This document shows positions 1 to 12,380 of a stretch of DNA of 64,000 bases, piece after piece; positions within the stretch are counted from its first letter, which is position 1, and every line of letters starts with the position of its first letter. Made by a program: the position numbers and the translations under genes. Source of the stretch: Fimbriosthenelais zetlandica (taxonomy: Eukaryota); contig OZ365113.1 in the NCBI GenBank assembly GCA_977030845.1, forward strand, positions 26,660,001-26,724,000, given 5' to 3'. Under the pieces are notes generated by a model. The model did not search any database, was not told the DNA's origin, and worked only from the letters and a program-made list of their open reading frames with translations.

Positions 1-329
1 TAATGAGAAGGGTAAGTATCAAATATCGCATGTTGGGGAGGCTCAACCTTGTTGGGTCTTTCATCAAAAATTCCCTCTGAGGATGTTTCCCTAAAGCCTT
101 CAAGAAAGAGTGGAAAGCAACCAAAATGGCTGAGCTTGGTGTGGATTGATTTTCCATGCTATGTTTGGTCCTTTGGGTCTTCCTCTAAGATGTACTGACT
201 TGAAATGACAATCATGATATCGAATCTATGGAAATGAGCAGGAGCAGTGTCTAATGCCGTATACTACTCCCTCAGCCTCCGGTTCTTACATCCCTACATC
301 TCTTTGACGATCTCTTGAAAGGAATATTC

Positions 330-720
330 TTCCATGGAATCTATCCTGAATGGAAGAAGTCCAAGCACAATTCTATCCCATGCCCTGTGCTGGTCAGCTA
401 AAATAGTTGCAGACCAATTCAATTTTCATCGCAATTCCACCACTTTTCTGGATGCTTGCACAAAGTCAATGTTTCCAGTCCACCGCTGGCCACCGACCGA
501 TGTCAATAGAAATATAGACGACCTTCCTGTCTGTCACATGGCGGAAAATGTGGAAGTTGGTCATAATAGGATGAAATACAGTGACAGGCACCTTGGCTTC
601 CAATCAGGTAGAACTGGTCTATACCTTTCAACATAGCAATATTGGAATCAATTCTCGGTAAATGAAAAACGACTGCGCTTTCAATGCTGACCTTCAACAG
701 AATCATCCCCTTTATCAACC
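330..720 (+). mobile_element. Decayed non-LTR retrotransposon (LINE) RT fragment
   Basis: NIDDLPV at 511-531 resembles YADDLAV. It is preceded by a NGRSPSTILS segment resembling NGVPQGSILS and followed by FSVNEK (F-S-x-x-K motif) after a frameshift. Confidence 0.4.
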
Positions 721-1751
721 AATGAACACCTACTGTCCATTCTGCCAAAGGCTGTAATAAAATCAACACGATCGCCTCACTGTCATGGATCACTTTTGTG
801 AAGCAGCCCCTTACCAAACTTAAAATACCATGCTCATTTGTCTTCGTTTTGTTGGAGGCGCCTCGTCCAGAGCTGACAGTTCATCAGCTCAAGTTGTCTG
901 GAGAAAGTGGAACACCACACCTCAGACATCAATCATGTGCAAGACATTCTACTTCCGGTGGCACTTCTTCCGGAAGGGTTCAGTGTGAGCGATGTGATCT
1001 GTCTTGTCTGACCTTGACCCTGGGTTGTGTGCTCTTTTCTATATCGAGTGAAAAAGGTGTCTCTACATAGGTTCACACATCAAAGACCTGCCTGGGAACA
1101 GTAAACATGTGTCAAGTTCTTTCGGCACAGGTATTACATACATTGTGTCTGTCCAGAGGATATTGTGACAGTCATTCAACTCATATATATATGAGAAAAA
1201 ATGCTCAGGTTTCACATGTTGTAGTAGTGGACCATTCTGTAGCGTGAGGAGGGGAGGACGTGTGTGTCTCAGATGGTACAATGAATGCCACCCTACTGAT
1301 CAATATTATACCTCTTCTTCCTTTCCCACAAGGATACCCATGATGAAATAAAACACCCCTGTTTGTATTTCATTATCTTCTTTCCACTCGCAAAACAGAG
1401 ATTCAATCGATTTTCAACTGCTTTCAACTAAAACCAATTAAAAAGGACGACATACAAGTGTAGTTTTGAAGGTATCCATGTTTAAAACTTGTCTGTAACC
1501 CTTATTGTACTAATGGGGAAACCTAGCATCTGTTCAAGAAAGACCTCCTTGCATAAATATACCCGAGACAACCCCCTTTTCCCATGTACTGTTCACACTC
1601 ATATCCCTTGCAAGAGAGAAAGTGAGGAAGTAAGTATATATGACTGAAGATAACATTCTGCTCAGTACAATATGTATATGAAAAGGGCTTTCATGACCCT
1701 TCTCGATTTCAGTGAAGCTATTAAAAAAAAAAAAAATGACTCACTACTCAC

Positions 1752-1916
1752 CAACTAGAAGTTGGATACATTCAGTATCGTTGGTATACAAGCCCGGGTA
1801 AGTTGGACTATAGAATTCTCTTTGCTTCCAATCACCCAAACTAAAATTCCAGCAGTTCTGAGGAATGAAGTCTCCAATCACAGGGGGAAAGAACTCCGGG
1901 TTGGCCACGTCATCTC
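1752..1916 (-). CDS. Neto: Internal coding exon: N-terminal part of CUB domain 1 of a Neto (neuropilin and tolloid-like)-type protein
   Basis: On the minus strand, acceptor ttttttctgttacag|GAGATG (AG ends at 1917) and donor CTAGTTG|gtgagt (GT at 1751-1750). The exon is 165 nt, phase 1-1 and stop-free: (G)DDVANPEFFPPVIGDFIPQNCWNFSLGDWKQREFYSPTYPGLYTNDTECIQLLV. C-x2-F-x2-GD-x4-E-x2-SP-x-YP-x-LY-x5-C is a CUB N-terminus with the spacing I recall for invertebrate Neto CUB1. The CUB call is strong; Neto orthology is from memory and needs BLAST. Confidence 0.82.
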
Positions 1917-4385
1917 CTGTAACAGAAAAAATGTGAATTAAAACTAGTATGGATCCGGATGAATACATGGTGCATCCTGATTCCTATATTCACCCTATTT
2001 GGGGAGAATTAAAGGGAATATGCTAATATGACCAATGACAAAGTTTGAAATTTGAAATGGTGATCATGCAGTGGTTTTGTGATCGTTTTAGTTTTTCGTC
2101 GGCAAAATAATTAATACTACAGATCATTGGCAATAACCTAACGCCTGAGTAAAGAATATTCTGATTGTAATTGTGGTCTACATTGTCACGGATGCATTGC
2201 ATACTATTGTGTTTTTTTTGCAACAATGGGGGAAAATATGTACTCTTACAAGAGGAAAGAGATTTTCCCATTGAAAAAATAGGAGCTTTTATGAAAGACG
2301 TAGCTGTATCTTTGGCTTTGATAGGGAGGTCATTGCAAGCTTCCATTCTATATGATTGCATGTGTGAGGCACAGCAGTGTAAAGCCACCTCATATGGATG
2401 TCCACCATTTCCATACAGTAACTCACATGTTTCCTCTGTAGTAGAGAAGGGGTGAAAGAAACCCTGTGATACAAGTATTTATTCTGCATCATCTCCCGAC
2501 CATAGGCATGTCCTTGACAATACATGGAAGAGTAAAGCAATGATGCTGTTGAAGAGCACCCTATTGCTTGTGAAGTACAGGCCCATCTCAATGTGTTTAT
2601 ATTTAGAGGGAACTACTTCCGCCAATGAATCATCTCTGGCTCGTACTCTATTACCTAATCATACTACATGAGACAGGCCTATTTCCTCCCACCCAGCAAT
2701 CCCTATACCAGAACTCGCCAGCTGATACGTAAGCAGAATCTATGCCGGTGGTATATGGGGGATGGGCGTGGAGAGAGTGGAGAAGGCCGGCCTGCCTCCC
2801 ATCAACTGATCGCCATTTTCCCCTGCTGCCACAGTCAGGCTCTACCCTACTACACAGTAAGGTCTCATTCCAAAAGGAACCACACTTTCCACGATAACCT
2901 AATATCACCACTACAGACCGAATTGCATCTCTGCCTCAGCATGCCAAATGGTCTTTGGTCATCTGGTATTGGTCCTCTTTCTTGATGTTACAAGGATATA
3001 TGACATCTAATTCAAGATGATGTCTGCAACCTGGCACGAAGCATACCCAATGGTTCCTTCTCACAGTAAACCCTGAGCCCTTTCAAGAGGAACATATAAG
3101 TATTGATTTGTTATCTGAGAATATACCTTATGATTGACCGTTCTGAGGTGGCCCATCCACTTCTTTCATGCAGTGTCATAGTTCTCCTGAAACCCGCAGC
3201 ACTCTATCAGTCTATCCATCGATCAACATGCCAACCGATCTGATTTTCTGCATGAATTCATCTACACTGAGTTATATTCACTCTCACAAAATAACAAAAA
3301 CTTGCCTTATCTAGCATTGTTATCACCTAAGCCATTTCTTTTGTCAAATATTTTAAGTTATCTAAGGGGAAAAACTCGCCCATGGGGTTTAACAACACTC
3401 TCTGATTTGCATACATGCTTTCTTATGCATTGATTCCCGTGCATTCAGAACATTCCATGGCCGAAGAAGCAAGTGTTTTTTCCTCACTTTCAAAAAGCAA
3501 ATGTACATAGTAAGTGGAAAAATACCATAGGCGGATGTCCTCTTGATGAGCATGCATATATTAAAATGTTATGTTGTGTGCAGAGACCTGCCACCAGAGT
3601 AAAACATATATATCATTGCGTGGAAGAATAAGAGGAGAGAAGGGCTGTGCATTATTATAGAGTGTTATTCGGAGGTGAACAACAGTGGCAGAGTGTCCCC
3701 ATGATTGATATCAGCAAGTCAGGAAGGGCCATATTCCCTCGTAGTAAGTGATGATAACAAGCTGGAGGAGCAAAGCACCATTTCTATAATGCATTTCACC
3801 CACATGGATTTCCCCATGCTTATATGCTTATCTGTGCCACACTGGGAGTGGCCCAGGCACATATATGCCCCAACATGCAGGTGCAGTGTTATATCCCTTC
3901 TACACCAGAGTTGGTTGTAAGAACACAATAAATTACAATGTTCTGCTTGCTTCTCAATGGGATGGCTATAGCGGCTTGCGCATGGGTCGGGTTTCTCGTA
4001 TATGCTGATGTATCATGATAAGGCAAATGTAAAGTTATGATCCAGGGGTTTAATGAAAGAAGAGAATCATAAAATAGTCTATAGTGGTTGAATCAGTTAA
4101 GGTTGCTGCATTCTCTCAGGCCTATATATTTTATGGCTGCAGAGATAATGAAATATCTCCAGGGATGGTCGAATTAATCTCTGATATGTGAGGCAATTGT
4201 TTTGCTAGCAAGATCCAGACTAACTGGAAAAATACAAAATATTTTATGATGTAACAAATCACAAATATAATGGGCCTCCTGATGAATAATTCGCGGTAGA
4301 CGTATTGAATGGGTTTAGCATATATATCATGTCCAGTGCTTGATGAGATGTGCCTGATAAAAATCGCGATGAAATAATCACTGAG

Positions 4386-4443
4386 TATATCATTTATTTA
4401 GATGGATGTAGCTATATCATTTATTTAGATGGATGTAGCTATA
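4386..4443. repeat. Perfect 27-bp tandem duplication
   Basis: tatatcatttatttagatggatgtagc x2 (4386-4412, 4413-4439) plus tata. Confidence 0.95.
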
Positions 4444-5614
4444 TACACTCCTTTTAAAATGAGCTCCAGCAGACTGTTAGTGTTACTCCCACTGCAGATC
4501 CTGACTTGCATATTGTATTACTCAGAATACCTTAACGGAGACATGCTCGATGGACATGATGGACTTTTGAACCCCGACTGAATCTTACTCACTCCAAAAG
4601 GTTTCTTACTAGCCGCGACAGAATCTTATTTGCCTTGACAGATCTCTACTCACCTTCACTTAAGCTTTTTTTTCTTGATGCACATCAGAGAGAAGTCCGC
4701 CACGAGCTGATGTACATCAGGAAAAATGGCTTAGTGGATACAATCCCTGAACTTGACAGACTTACACGCAGACACTTTCTTACCTTGACAGAGCGTTACA
4801 TGCCCCGGCTGACTTTTACAAAACCTGACTTCCTCTTAATCACCCTGAGAATAGAAGACATTAGTGTCTGAATCGTCTAGTTAGATCTTAAATTCTATAA
4901 GCGAAATTCTTCCACAACAGCAGTCGTGAATTGGATTTAGCCAAAAGGCTTGAAGCTCATAAAGCCTCCATATTAGACCCTTGCCTCACATGACACATGC
5001 CACATATCACCATGGACCTGTTATATAGGAGAGCTTAATCTCATAGAATTTCATTAAGATATACTTAATGAGACAATTAATGAAGCCGTGATAGTTCCAA
5101 GGCATGTCTGTGCAATATTCTGTTGTTATATTTAGATACCATCATAGTATTGACTTCTCCACTCCGGGCATGGCTTTAAACATGAAAGATATTTCCTTAT
5201 TCGTTGAAGACATTCATGCTAATAGAACATTCTGACAATTCACGATATTATGCGTGATGTAAAAAGGAGACGATAAGTTGCTCTTCAGTAAATCCAATTA
5301 TAGGCTATACAACAAAACACGAGAGGGATCCGGAAAGCTTTTGGAAAGTTTCTATATAAATATATGTACGGTATATTATATCATAATGTATGAAATAGCA
5401 GGATTTTGGACTATCGATGAACGAGAGTGATCAAATCAAACTCGTGTAATTCATCATCTTATCCTTTCTGATGCCAATGATCTATCATACTTCCAAACTC
5501 ATTTACATGGGATATGGAAAAAGTTCATTGTTCACCTCCTCGACCTAAAGCTTCACGAATGGTGGAACTAATCGCTGTGTTGACAAATGTTCAAAATATG
5601 ATAGCGCAAAACTT

Positions 5615-5896
5615 TTAAGTAAGTTGGTTGGGGTTATGCACACATACTTTTTCTTTCATTAATGATCCATATATATAGATCAAACCAATTTTGGGAGCAT
5701 GCAAAAAGGCCTTCATGATGTACAAATTTGTATGGAACCTTTTATCAAAGCTCATGAATGCATATCCCAAAGGCATCATTTTACCATGGCACGTATATGA
5801 ATAGGAGCTAGATGAGAAAGCCGTTTCATAATATGTATGCAGCATGCAGTTGCCTAAAGTTTCCTCCGGCACCATGAGTAAACTGTCCTCATGCAT
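5615..5896 (-). mobile_element. Possible Mutator/MULE transposase remnant
   Basis: YSYTCHGKMMPLGYAFMS...KVCVHNPNQ resembles the MULE core pattern (QLYTIH...PLVYALL...GCxFHxxQ). The catalytic DGTF is not preserved. Confidence 0.3.
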
Positions 5897-6561
5897 TTGT
5901 CAAACTGACTCGAAGAGAATTCATGCTTTTAATGTTGCTGAGAATAATGGCTTGATGATAACAAAAAACCTCTATACTTTACATCTTGATGCGTGTTACA
6001 AATACATTCTATGAAACACCTCGGGTTATCATTAATGTTAGCATGTTAAACATCACAAGTTTTCAACCAAACTCTCCCAACCTACGCGAGGGATAATTAA
6101 TTCTGAAGCTGTGCAGTATGGATCATTTATATAAGTTATGTTGGTCTATATGAGCACCAGGGCACACTCGTGATTAGTTTTCCTCGCCACTTAATCATGG
6201 CTTGGTACTTTCTTGGACCTTGTTTATAGGCAGGCGAACCCCCTTTAGCTTCCCCACTTAAGGAACTGCTCAGTCGTTGGACCATCTGCTTGGAAGGCAA
6301 TCAATACTGAACACTCGAAAATGTCCAGCCGATTCTGTCCTCATTTGCTCTCAAATGTGAATATCAAGACTTCCAAGTGCTCTATTCAAGGGTAGTCCTT
6401 CCCTTACACTAACATCCTGAGTATGAGCAGCTTTGTATCTGGATTTGACTGCTCAACTTTAGCACAAGCTGTGCCTCCAAAAGAGAGAAAACCTCGAACC
6501 AAAACGTAACAACTTTCAGCACAGACAGAACCTGATACCCTCACCTCAATTTTCAGTGTTA

Positions 6562-6778
6562 GTAAAGCCGGGACTCCACTGCTGCGATTTTGCTTGCGAC
6601 ACTACTGCGACAAAGGCGATGCTTGTGAAGTTGTGTAAGAATACAATTTATAAATTGTGGTGCAAGTGTCCAAGGTCTTAAGGTCGTCCTCCACTGGTAC
6701 ATTTTTCAATCCAACACAAGCATCACTTGTCGCAGGAGTGTCGCAAGCAAAATCGCAGCAGTGTAGTCCCGGCTTTAC
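6562..6778. mobile_element. MITE (non-autonomous DNA transposon), 217 bp, with long terminal inverted repeats
   Basis: The left arm gtaaagccgggactccactgctgcgattttgcttgcgacactactgcgacaa and the reverse complement of the right arm match at 50/52 positions, and similarity continues to about 64 bp with an indel. TA flanks AAGCC...GGCTT on both sides (6563-6564, 6776-6777). No ORF inside. Confidence 0.9.
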
Positions 6779-9700
6779 GTGTTACAAATGTCATACAAAC
6801 TGAATGTATGCATATGTAAGAGAGATGGGAACGGGAACCCCCTACAGGAAAGTCTAAGCTGCTGTATATAGGTGGTTCCTAACCTCCACTCTTCAAGGGG
6901 CTGGTCAGGAATCATGTAGCAAAACCACAGTCCCATGGATTATCTATATTCCTATGGGTAAAATAATGACTGATCAAAGTTTTTTTGCGCGAAAGGCAGT
7001 GCCAGTCCCAATTCCCTCTTAACAGGCTCGGATGCAGGATGAGTCCCAAAAGAGAAAACTTAAAGAGACATTTTCAGCAGATGCTGCGACGGCCACAATT
7101 ACAAACACCATTGCGCGCACTTGGGGATGGCAGGAATGGGAGAGAAGGTGGTACTCGCAAGGTCAAGGAGCATGTAATCGTTATATCTCAACTTGAGAAC
7201 AGAAATCCCACAGGCTCTCCGAGGGAATAGATCAGCAACTTGTTCCCACTTTTTCAGTACATCACATTAGTGTGACAACCAGCGAGGGCATTAATCGATG
7301 CCCACATTTCATTTTCCCTAAGGCATATAATAATGTGTTAACCATATTAGAAAGAGCATCATTCCAGAGTGGCACTCTATAACACAAATGTTCACTGGAA
7401 TTTATTCCTTAATTCAATCGGAGATTTTCCTCAGCGTTCCTTTCCTTATTACACAGTCGATATGAAACGTTAATTGCACTCAATTTCACAGATCCTTCAA
7501 TGGTAATCAATCATTACCAGGCGATTAAAGCTAAACAGTGTTTTATCTTTCACAAACTAGATGATGCTCTCTTTATAATTCAATGATATAATTTCAGTTC
7601 GGCATCAAGGGTGCTGCCTCTTAACATCTTTTTAAACTTGGGTGCATGTTTGTATTTATGACTAAATTTATTATCCTCAGTCTAGAAAAGACTATATCCG
7701 ATCCACTAGCGACGACCAAGACGGGACACCACCTAATAAAGCCTTAAGAGTATTGACTAATAGTCCTTCGTTGTTGCATGGCAAGATTGATTCACCAAAT
7801 CATCAAAGAGAAGCTGCAATACCAATGTTTGACACACTCAAATTCCTCTCAATCAGGTCCTTCTTGCCCGCCGATTTTCCACATCCGAGGCAACAATCTA
7901 CTTCCTGTTCCCTGCTTATCTAGGTCATTTGATTTTCAGGCCACTTTTCCCTTCCGGAATGGCTGGCGTCAAACCCTGATCGTCCTCGGTGGTAATTACA
8001 AGAGACCCCGTGAATGAAGAAAGCTTTGAAGGATGTCAAACACGTGAAAGGAGATGAGAAGAAATCAGGTGAGATTTCATCCTCTTGTTCCGCATTGACT
8101 ATTCTCAATGCTCCGTCTCTTTTAAAGTGGCCCTTGACAATTTTTTCCAAGTGGGAACGAGTTTCATCCCAACAATGGCCACAAATAACGGTGTGTTAGA
8201 GATGGCTGCTGCATTGTCCCATTAATAAGGATAGGTTTTTGCCGCAGTAAGGCAATGCTCGAAAGACTTTTCATTTTGGTTTCAATTCAGTAATGAGAGC
8301 AGAATACCATCATTGAGGAACTGCAAAAGGCTGTCTCCTCTGAAATAAAGCCTACAACAAATTACAGTTTTGAAACAGTTTCTGCGTTGTTTGTTATATT
8401 TGTCCTTAAGAAATGGCGATAAAAGAGCTTATACGATAATCCATCAGCGGCAGATCCCTTCCGGAAAATCGGGAAAAAAATTGTTGGGAACCTATACCGC
8501 AAGACATTAAGTGCAGCAATTATAAAATAGCTCAGTTGTGGGAAGAATCAATCATGGGTTCTAATTACGCCCTTGGAGCCTCTTTGCCATGCATGCAGCT
8601 AACCGTACTATAGCTGCCTGCGAGTCTAGATATAATAAATGTGGTGCCAGCATTGCCTTACCCTCTGTATATAATTAATCAGCAAGATGTTGCCCGGTGA
8701 CAATAGCATCAGATGCACAGACATGTAGGATGGCTTTCACTAGCAGCAACTCCTGAATTCCCTTCTGCATCCAGACAAGACTATTGCTGATAGTCAAGCT
8801 AGACACTGAGCTCTGCATACCAGGACATCTATCAAAGTTCTTATTATTGCCCATTATATTACAGTTTATGTCTTTGAGAAAGCAGGAGGCATTCACTGAA
8901 AGGGATCATCAAGCCTTGCTGTCACATTCCTCTTTCACAATGACCCATTATCCTGTAGTTAATTTTGTATTAAACTGTTACTAATAGCATTCCAGTCTAG
9001 ATATCAATCGGAACACATCTTCATCAGGGTTGCATAACTATCGTATGTTACAGGTTCCAGCGTAATAGGCAGTCATTAGCTGAGACTATATAGGCTTCAG
9101 CACACACGTTCCTCCTGTGAGCAGAGTAGAGGTTTTGCCTTATGGCAGTGGCATGTATTGCTCAGGCTTACTTGTACTTGGACACAAGAGTAAGGCATTC
9201 CTTACCCACAATGGAATCCCCACCCCTCCAGCAAACAAGTGAGGGGGGTCCCTTTCTCTCCTTGGCTCCATTGATTTTATTCTACATTGAGAAAGTGCCA
9301 AAAACACATTTTCCTCCCAGTGTGCAGTCCTAACCCGATTTACCTAACCACGGGGAAGTTTCTGTCTTAGAGGTCCATAATTCAGCTCTGCAGAGAGGAT
9401 AGGGCTATCCTCTAAGGGATCGTCTTATGAGAATATGTGAGTTTAGAGGCAAGTAAAAATACCCAGTTCCTGCTGTGCTTCTTGTCTGCGGCCATCTTAT
9501 TTTCTCAAATAGCTCCCTCAAGATGCTAAATCTCGGTTTTCTCAACATTCTGTCACGTCAAGAGAGGCTGAACTTTCCACTCTCACTGTTAGGGTGAGAG
9601 GATCAATTTCCTCCTCCTTGCAAGGTATTGAGGCCCCTTCCTTTATGGAAGACATTCTCCGTGTATGGTAAACCTTCTGGTACATTAAAAAATACATAAA

Positions 9701-9879
9701 ATAATGTGTTGCATACTGTTAAAGATATTGTAGAAAAACGTGAGATTGATAGTGAAGCATATTTTTGCATTTTATTCATTGTAAAACGCATCAAGTTTCT
9801 CCATAAGAACTAAAGGCTGTTTTGGATAAGAGGCTATGTTTTTCCTCGTTCCAGTGATCCTTCATTGGGAGATTGCATG

Positions 9880-10110
9880 GCTATAAAAGAAGAAAGCTGC
9901 AAGGAAAGAAGTTGAGGCTATTGTCTCCATTGTGTCTCTCTTCTCTCCTCTACTCCTGTAATTAGGCTAGAATCCCTCACCCGCTTTTCCCCCTTGTGTC
10001 TTCCCCAGCTTCTCTCAAAGCTGGGCAATGGGCAATCTCGCGAGAGAGCGGGCATCCTGACGAGACTCAGGATCACGTGATTAAATCAAAGTGACGCGTC
10101 CCCTGTCGAC
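9880..10110 (+). promoter_or_regulatory. CpG-rich promoter-like or TE-terminal motif cluster
   Basis: TATAAAAG at 9882-9889. Palindromes TCTCGCGAGA (10036-10045), ATCACGTGAT (10072-10081) and GACGCGTC (10093-10100). Inverted pair ATCCTGA/TCAGGAT (10054-10073). 8 CpGs in 75 bp. Confidence 0.35.
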
Positions 10111-12189
10111 CATTGATGTAGTTAATAACAAATTGTTGGTCCAGATTTAGTGTGGAAATCCGTTCAGGATCAGCAGAAATCCGTGCTGCGGCGGTTAATA
10201 CGACCTATGATGGACATTATGGCCTAATATCCCATATCAAATATTCCCTTGGGTTCCTTCGGGAAAGTGCTGACAATGCAATAATACAGTCTTATAGAGA
10301 GGAGAACAAACTTTAGTTTAACTTTTAATCAATGTATCCCTTCAGATAATTGCTGTTCTCCATCTATGCTATCTCGTATATCTAAACAAAATAATACAAC
10401 TAATGCAAATCAATGCTAGATTACAAGGACCAACTGCCAGGAAATGAGACAGGTCTTTTATTGCAAAATAAATCGACGTCTATAAAATTGAAAACAGATA
10501 TGAGATGTAAACTTTAAACCTTTTTAAAAATTAAATAGTCGAATTAAAATAATAGGGCCTATCCATATCTCACTCAAGCTATCGGAAAAGACTTATCTAT
10601 ACAGATAAACTCACCAACTTGAGTAATATTCCTAGAGTTGCTTGAATGAAAACAGAGAATATGGCGAAAACAGAAAGTATTCATATCAGTCACAATCCAA
10701 CTTTGAAATAGATCATCAAAGAATATCTAGACTTGGCAGCAGTTACACCCCCTCACAATTAGTGCTGACTTTTCTTCTGCTACAGTTGCTCTTATCACAT
10801 CTAAACATGTGAAAATGAAGTCCCAAGCCTGCTACTCAGTGCCTAATCAGAAGGCTATATATATTGATGAATGCAAGATATATCCCCATATCCCTCATAA
10901 TGGATCCACTTTTCTTTCAACAACGAGCTATATTACATGGAAATGCTGCCAGAATGGCCCATGAAACAGAGAAAAAGTTTACTCTGAATGCCTGCCCACA
11001 TAACATAAACTCTTTTTGAGACAGTCCATTTCACTTAAGAGAATTCCGAGCCAGAATTACTGGCAATCTGTCTTCTTCTTTACAAGTCCAATTAGAAATT
11101 CCAGCATAACATGAACCTGAAGGGGAATGGCAGGATTTAAAACATGTAACCAGTGGAACAGGTTGTACCTCCTTGGGGAGTGTAAAGCTTCAAATCCGAC
11201 ATCAGAATTAATCATGATTAATGGTTCTTTTTATACATGTATGTGTTTCAGCCAAGTTGGATTAAAATGCCTTTGGTACCTCTAGAGAATGACTCAACGT
11301 ATCTCCTGTTGTTTCTCGGAGGTGGGGTTAAAAATGTAAATCAGCACTGAGGAAATGAGGCATGTATTCCCTAATGAACTGCATATATCGTGTTTAAATG
11401 TGTTCCACTCGAAGTAGAAGAGGCAGAAGGGGTAGATTAACAGTCTATATGTCCACACATGATTTAGCAAGGCCTTCAAGATTAATTTCTATTATTCAAT
11501 TTGAGTTGAACGGATGAACGAATAAAATGGCAATTACTTTGCTTGGAAGAAAACATGATTATTTTTTTGTAATAACTTTAAATTATGTATTATCTAGGTC
11601 AATCGATAGATTTCTATAACATTATTGAAAGGTAATCTTGGGATTGCAAAAATTACTTTTCAGCAGGCTACTGTTCCCTTAAGCAAGAAGGAAATCTAAG
11701 ATCCTCCAAAACCAATTTGGCCACAAAAGCAATGCAGACATTCCATCTTCTGTATTAAAATTGGTAAGTTTCACAAGAATTGGACATGCAAAAATCTGAT
11801 TGGCGGAACACTGCAATTCGATTTGCCTGATAATTATAGTTACATTTCATTTGATTTCAGTCCAGAGATTGATTAATCAGTGAAAACGACACCCTTTCTG
11901 ATCGTATTTACCGAATACTGTGGACAAAAGCGACTTAATCATGTACTTCAAAACCATCTTGCAAAGGCTTTAGGGAAGTGAATTTGGTTATCTGCTTCCA
12001 TACAGAGGTCTTTCATGAAGGATTTGAAGGAAAGCGAGGAGGGAAAATCCATCCATCAGGCACGTTCTCACTTATCATACCTTTCCTTATCTTATCACTG
12101 GATGACAGAAAATCCAGATTTAAAACTTTTAGAAAAGGGAAGAGAATTCTACCCAGCGACATCGGTTCCCACAGTACTGTAATTCAATT

Positions 12190-12380
12190 ATCAGTCATCC
12201 TCTTTTCCATGGTCCGTTGTACTGAAGCAAATAATCTTGAGAAAGCTTCTTCATGGTTGATCCAATGTAGGGGCACCTTGTAACTTAAATCTTCAATCTG
12301 CAATGCTCGAATCGTGGAATGTACACCATTGAAGTTGACATGTAAAGTATTGCAACTGTATCTACCACGAAAGGTAATCC
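12190..12380 (-). mobile_element. Possible Penelope-like GIY-YIG endonuclease remnant
   Basis: MVYIPRFEHCRLKI*VTRCPYIGSTMKKLSQ (YIGST at 12269-12255) resembles VVYxIxC..C...YIGxT...LxxR. The VY-to-YIG spacing is longer than canonical and there is an in-frame stop. Confidence 0.33.

Noticed and set aside
1-1740. Searched for the next CUB exon (expected AP.G..I.L.F...F.IE...C.YD)
   Set aside because: No such frame on the minus strand; the gene continues beyond the left edge of the window.
1738-1751. Second GTGAGT 7 nt into the intron after the CUB exon
   Set aside because: Its use would shift the frame and the exon-side context is weaker. No evidence of use.
2860-2990. CLSMPNGL resembling the DIRS/gypsy RT LPFGL motif; similar weak hit near 36230-36300
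   Set aside because: No YxDD or other RT motifs at the expected distance.
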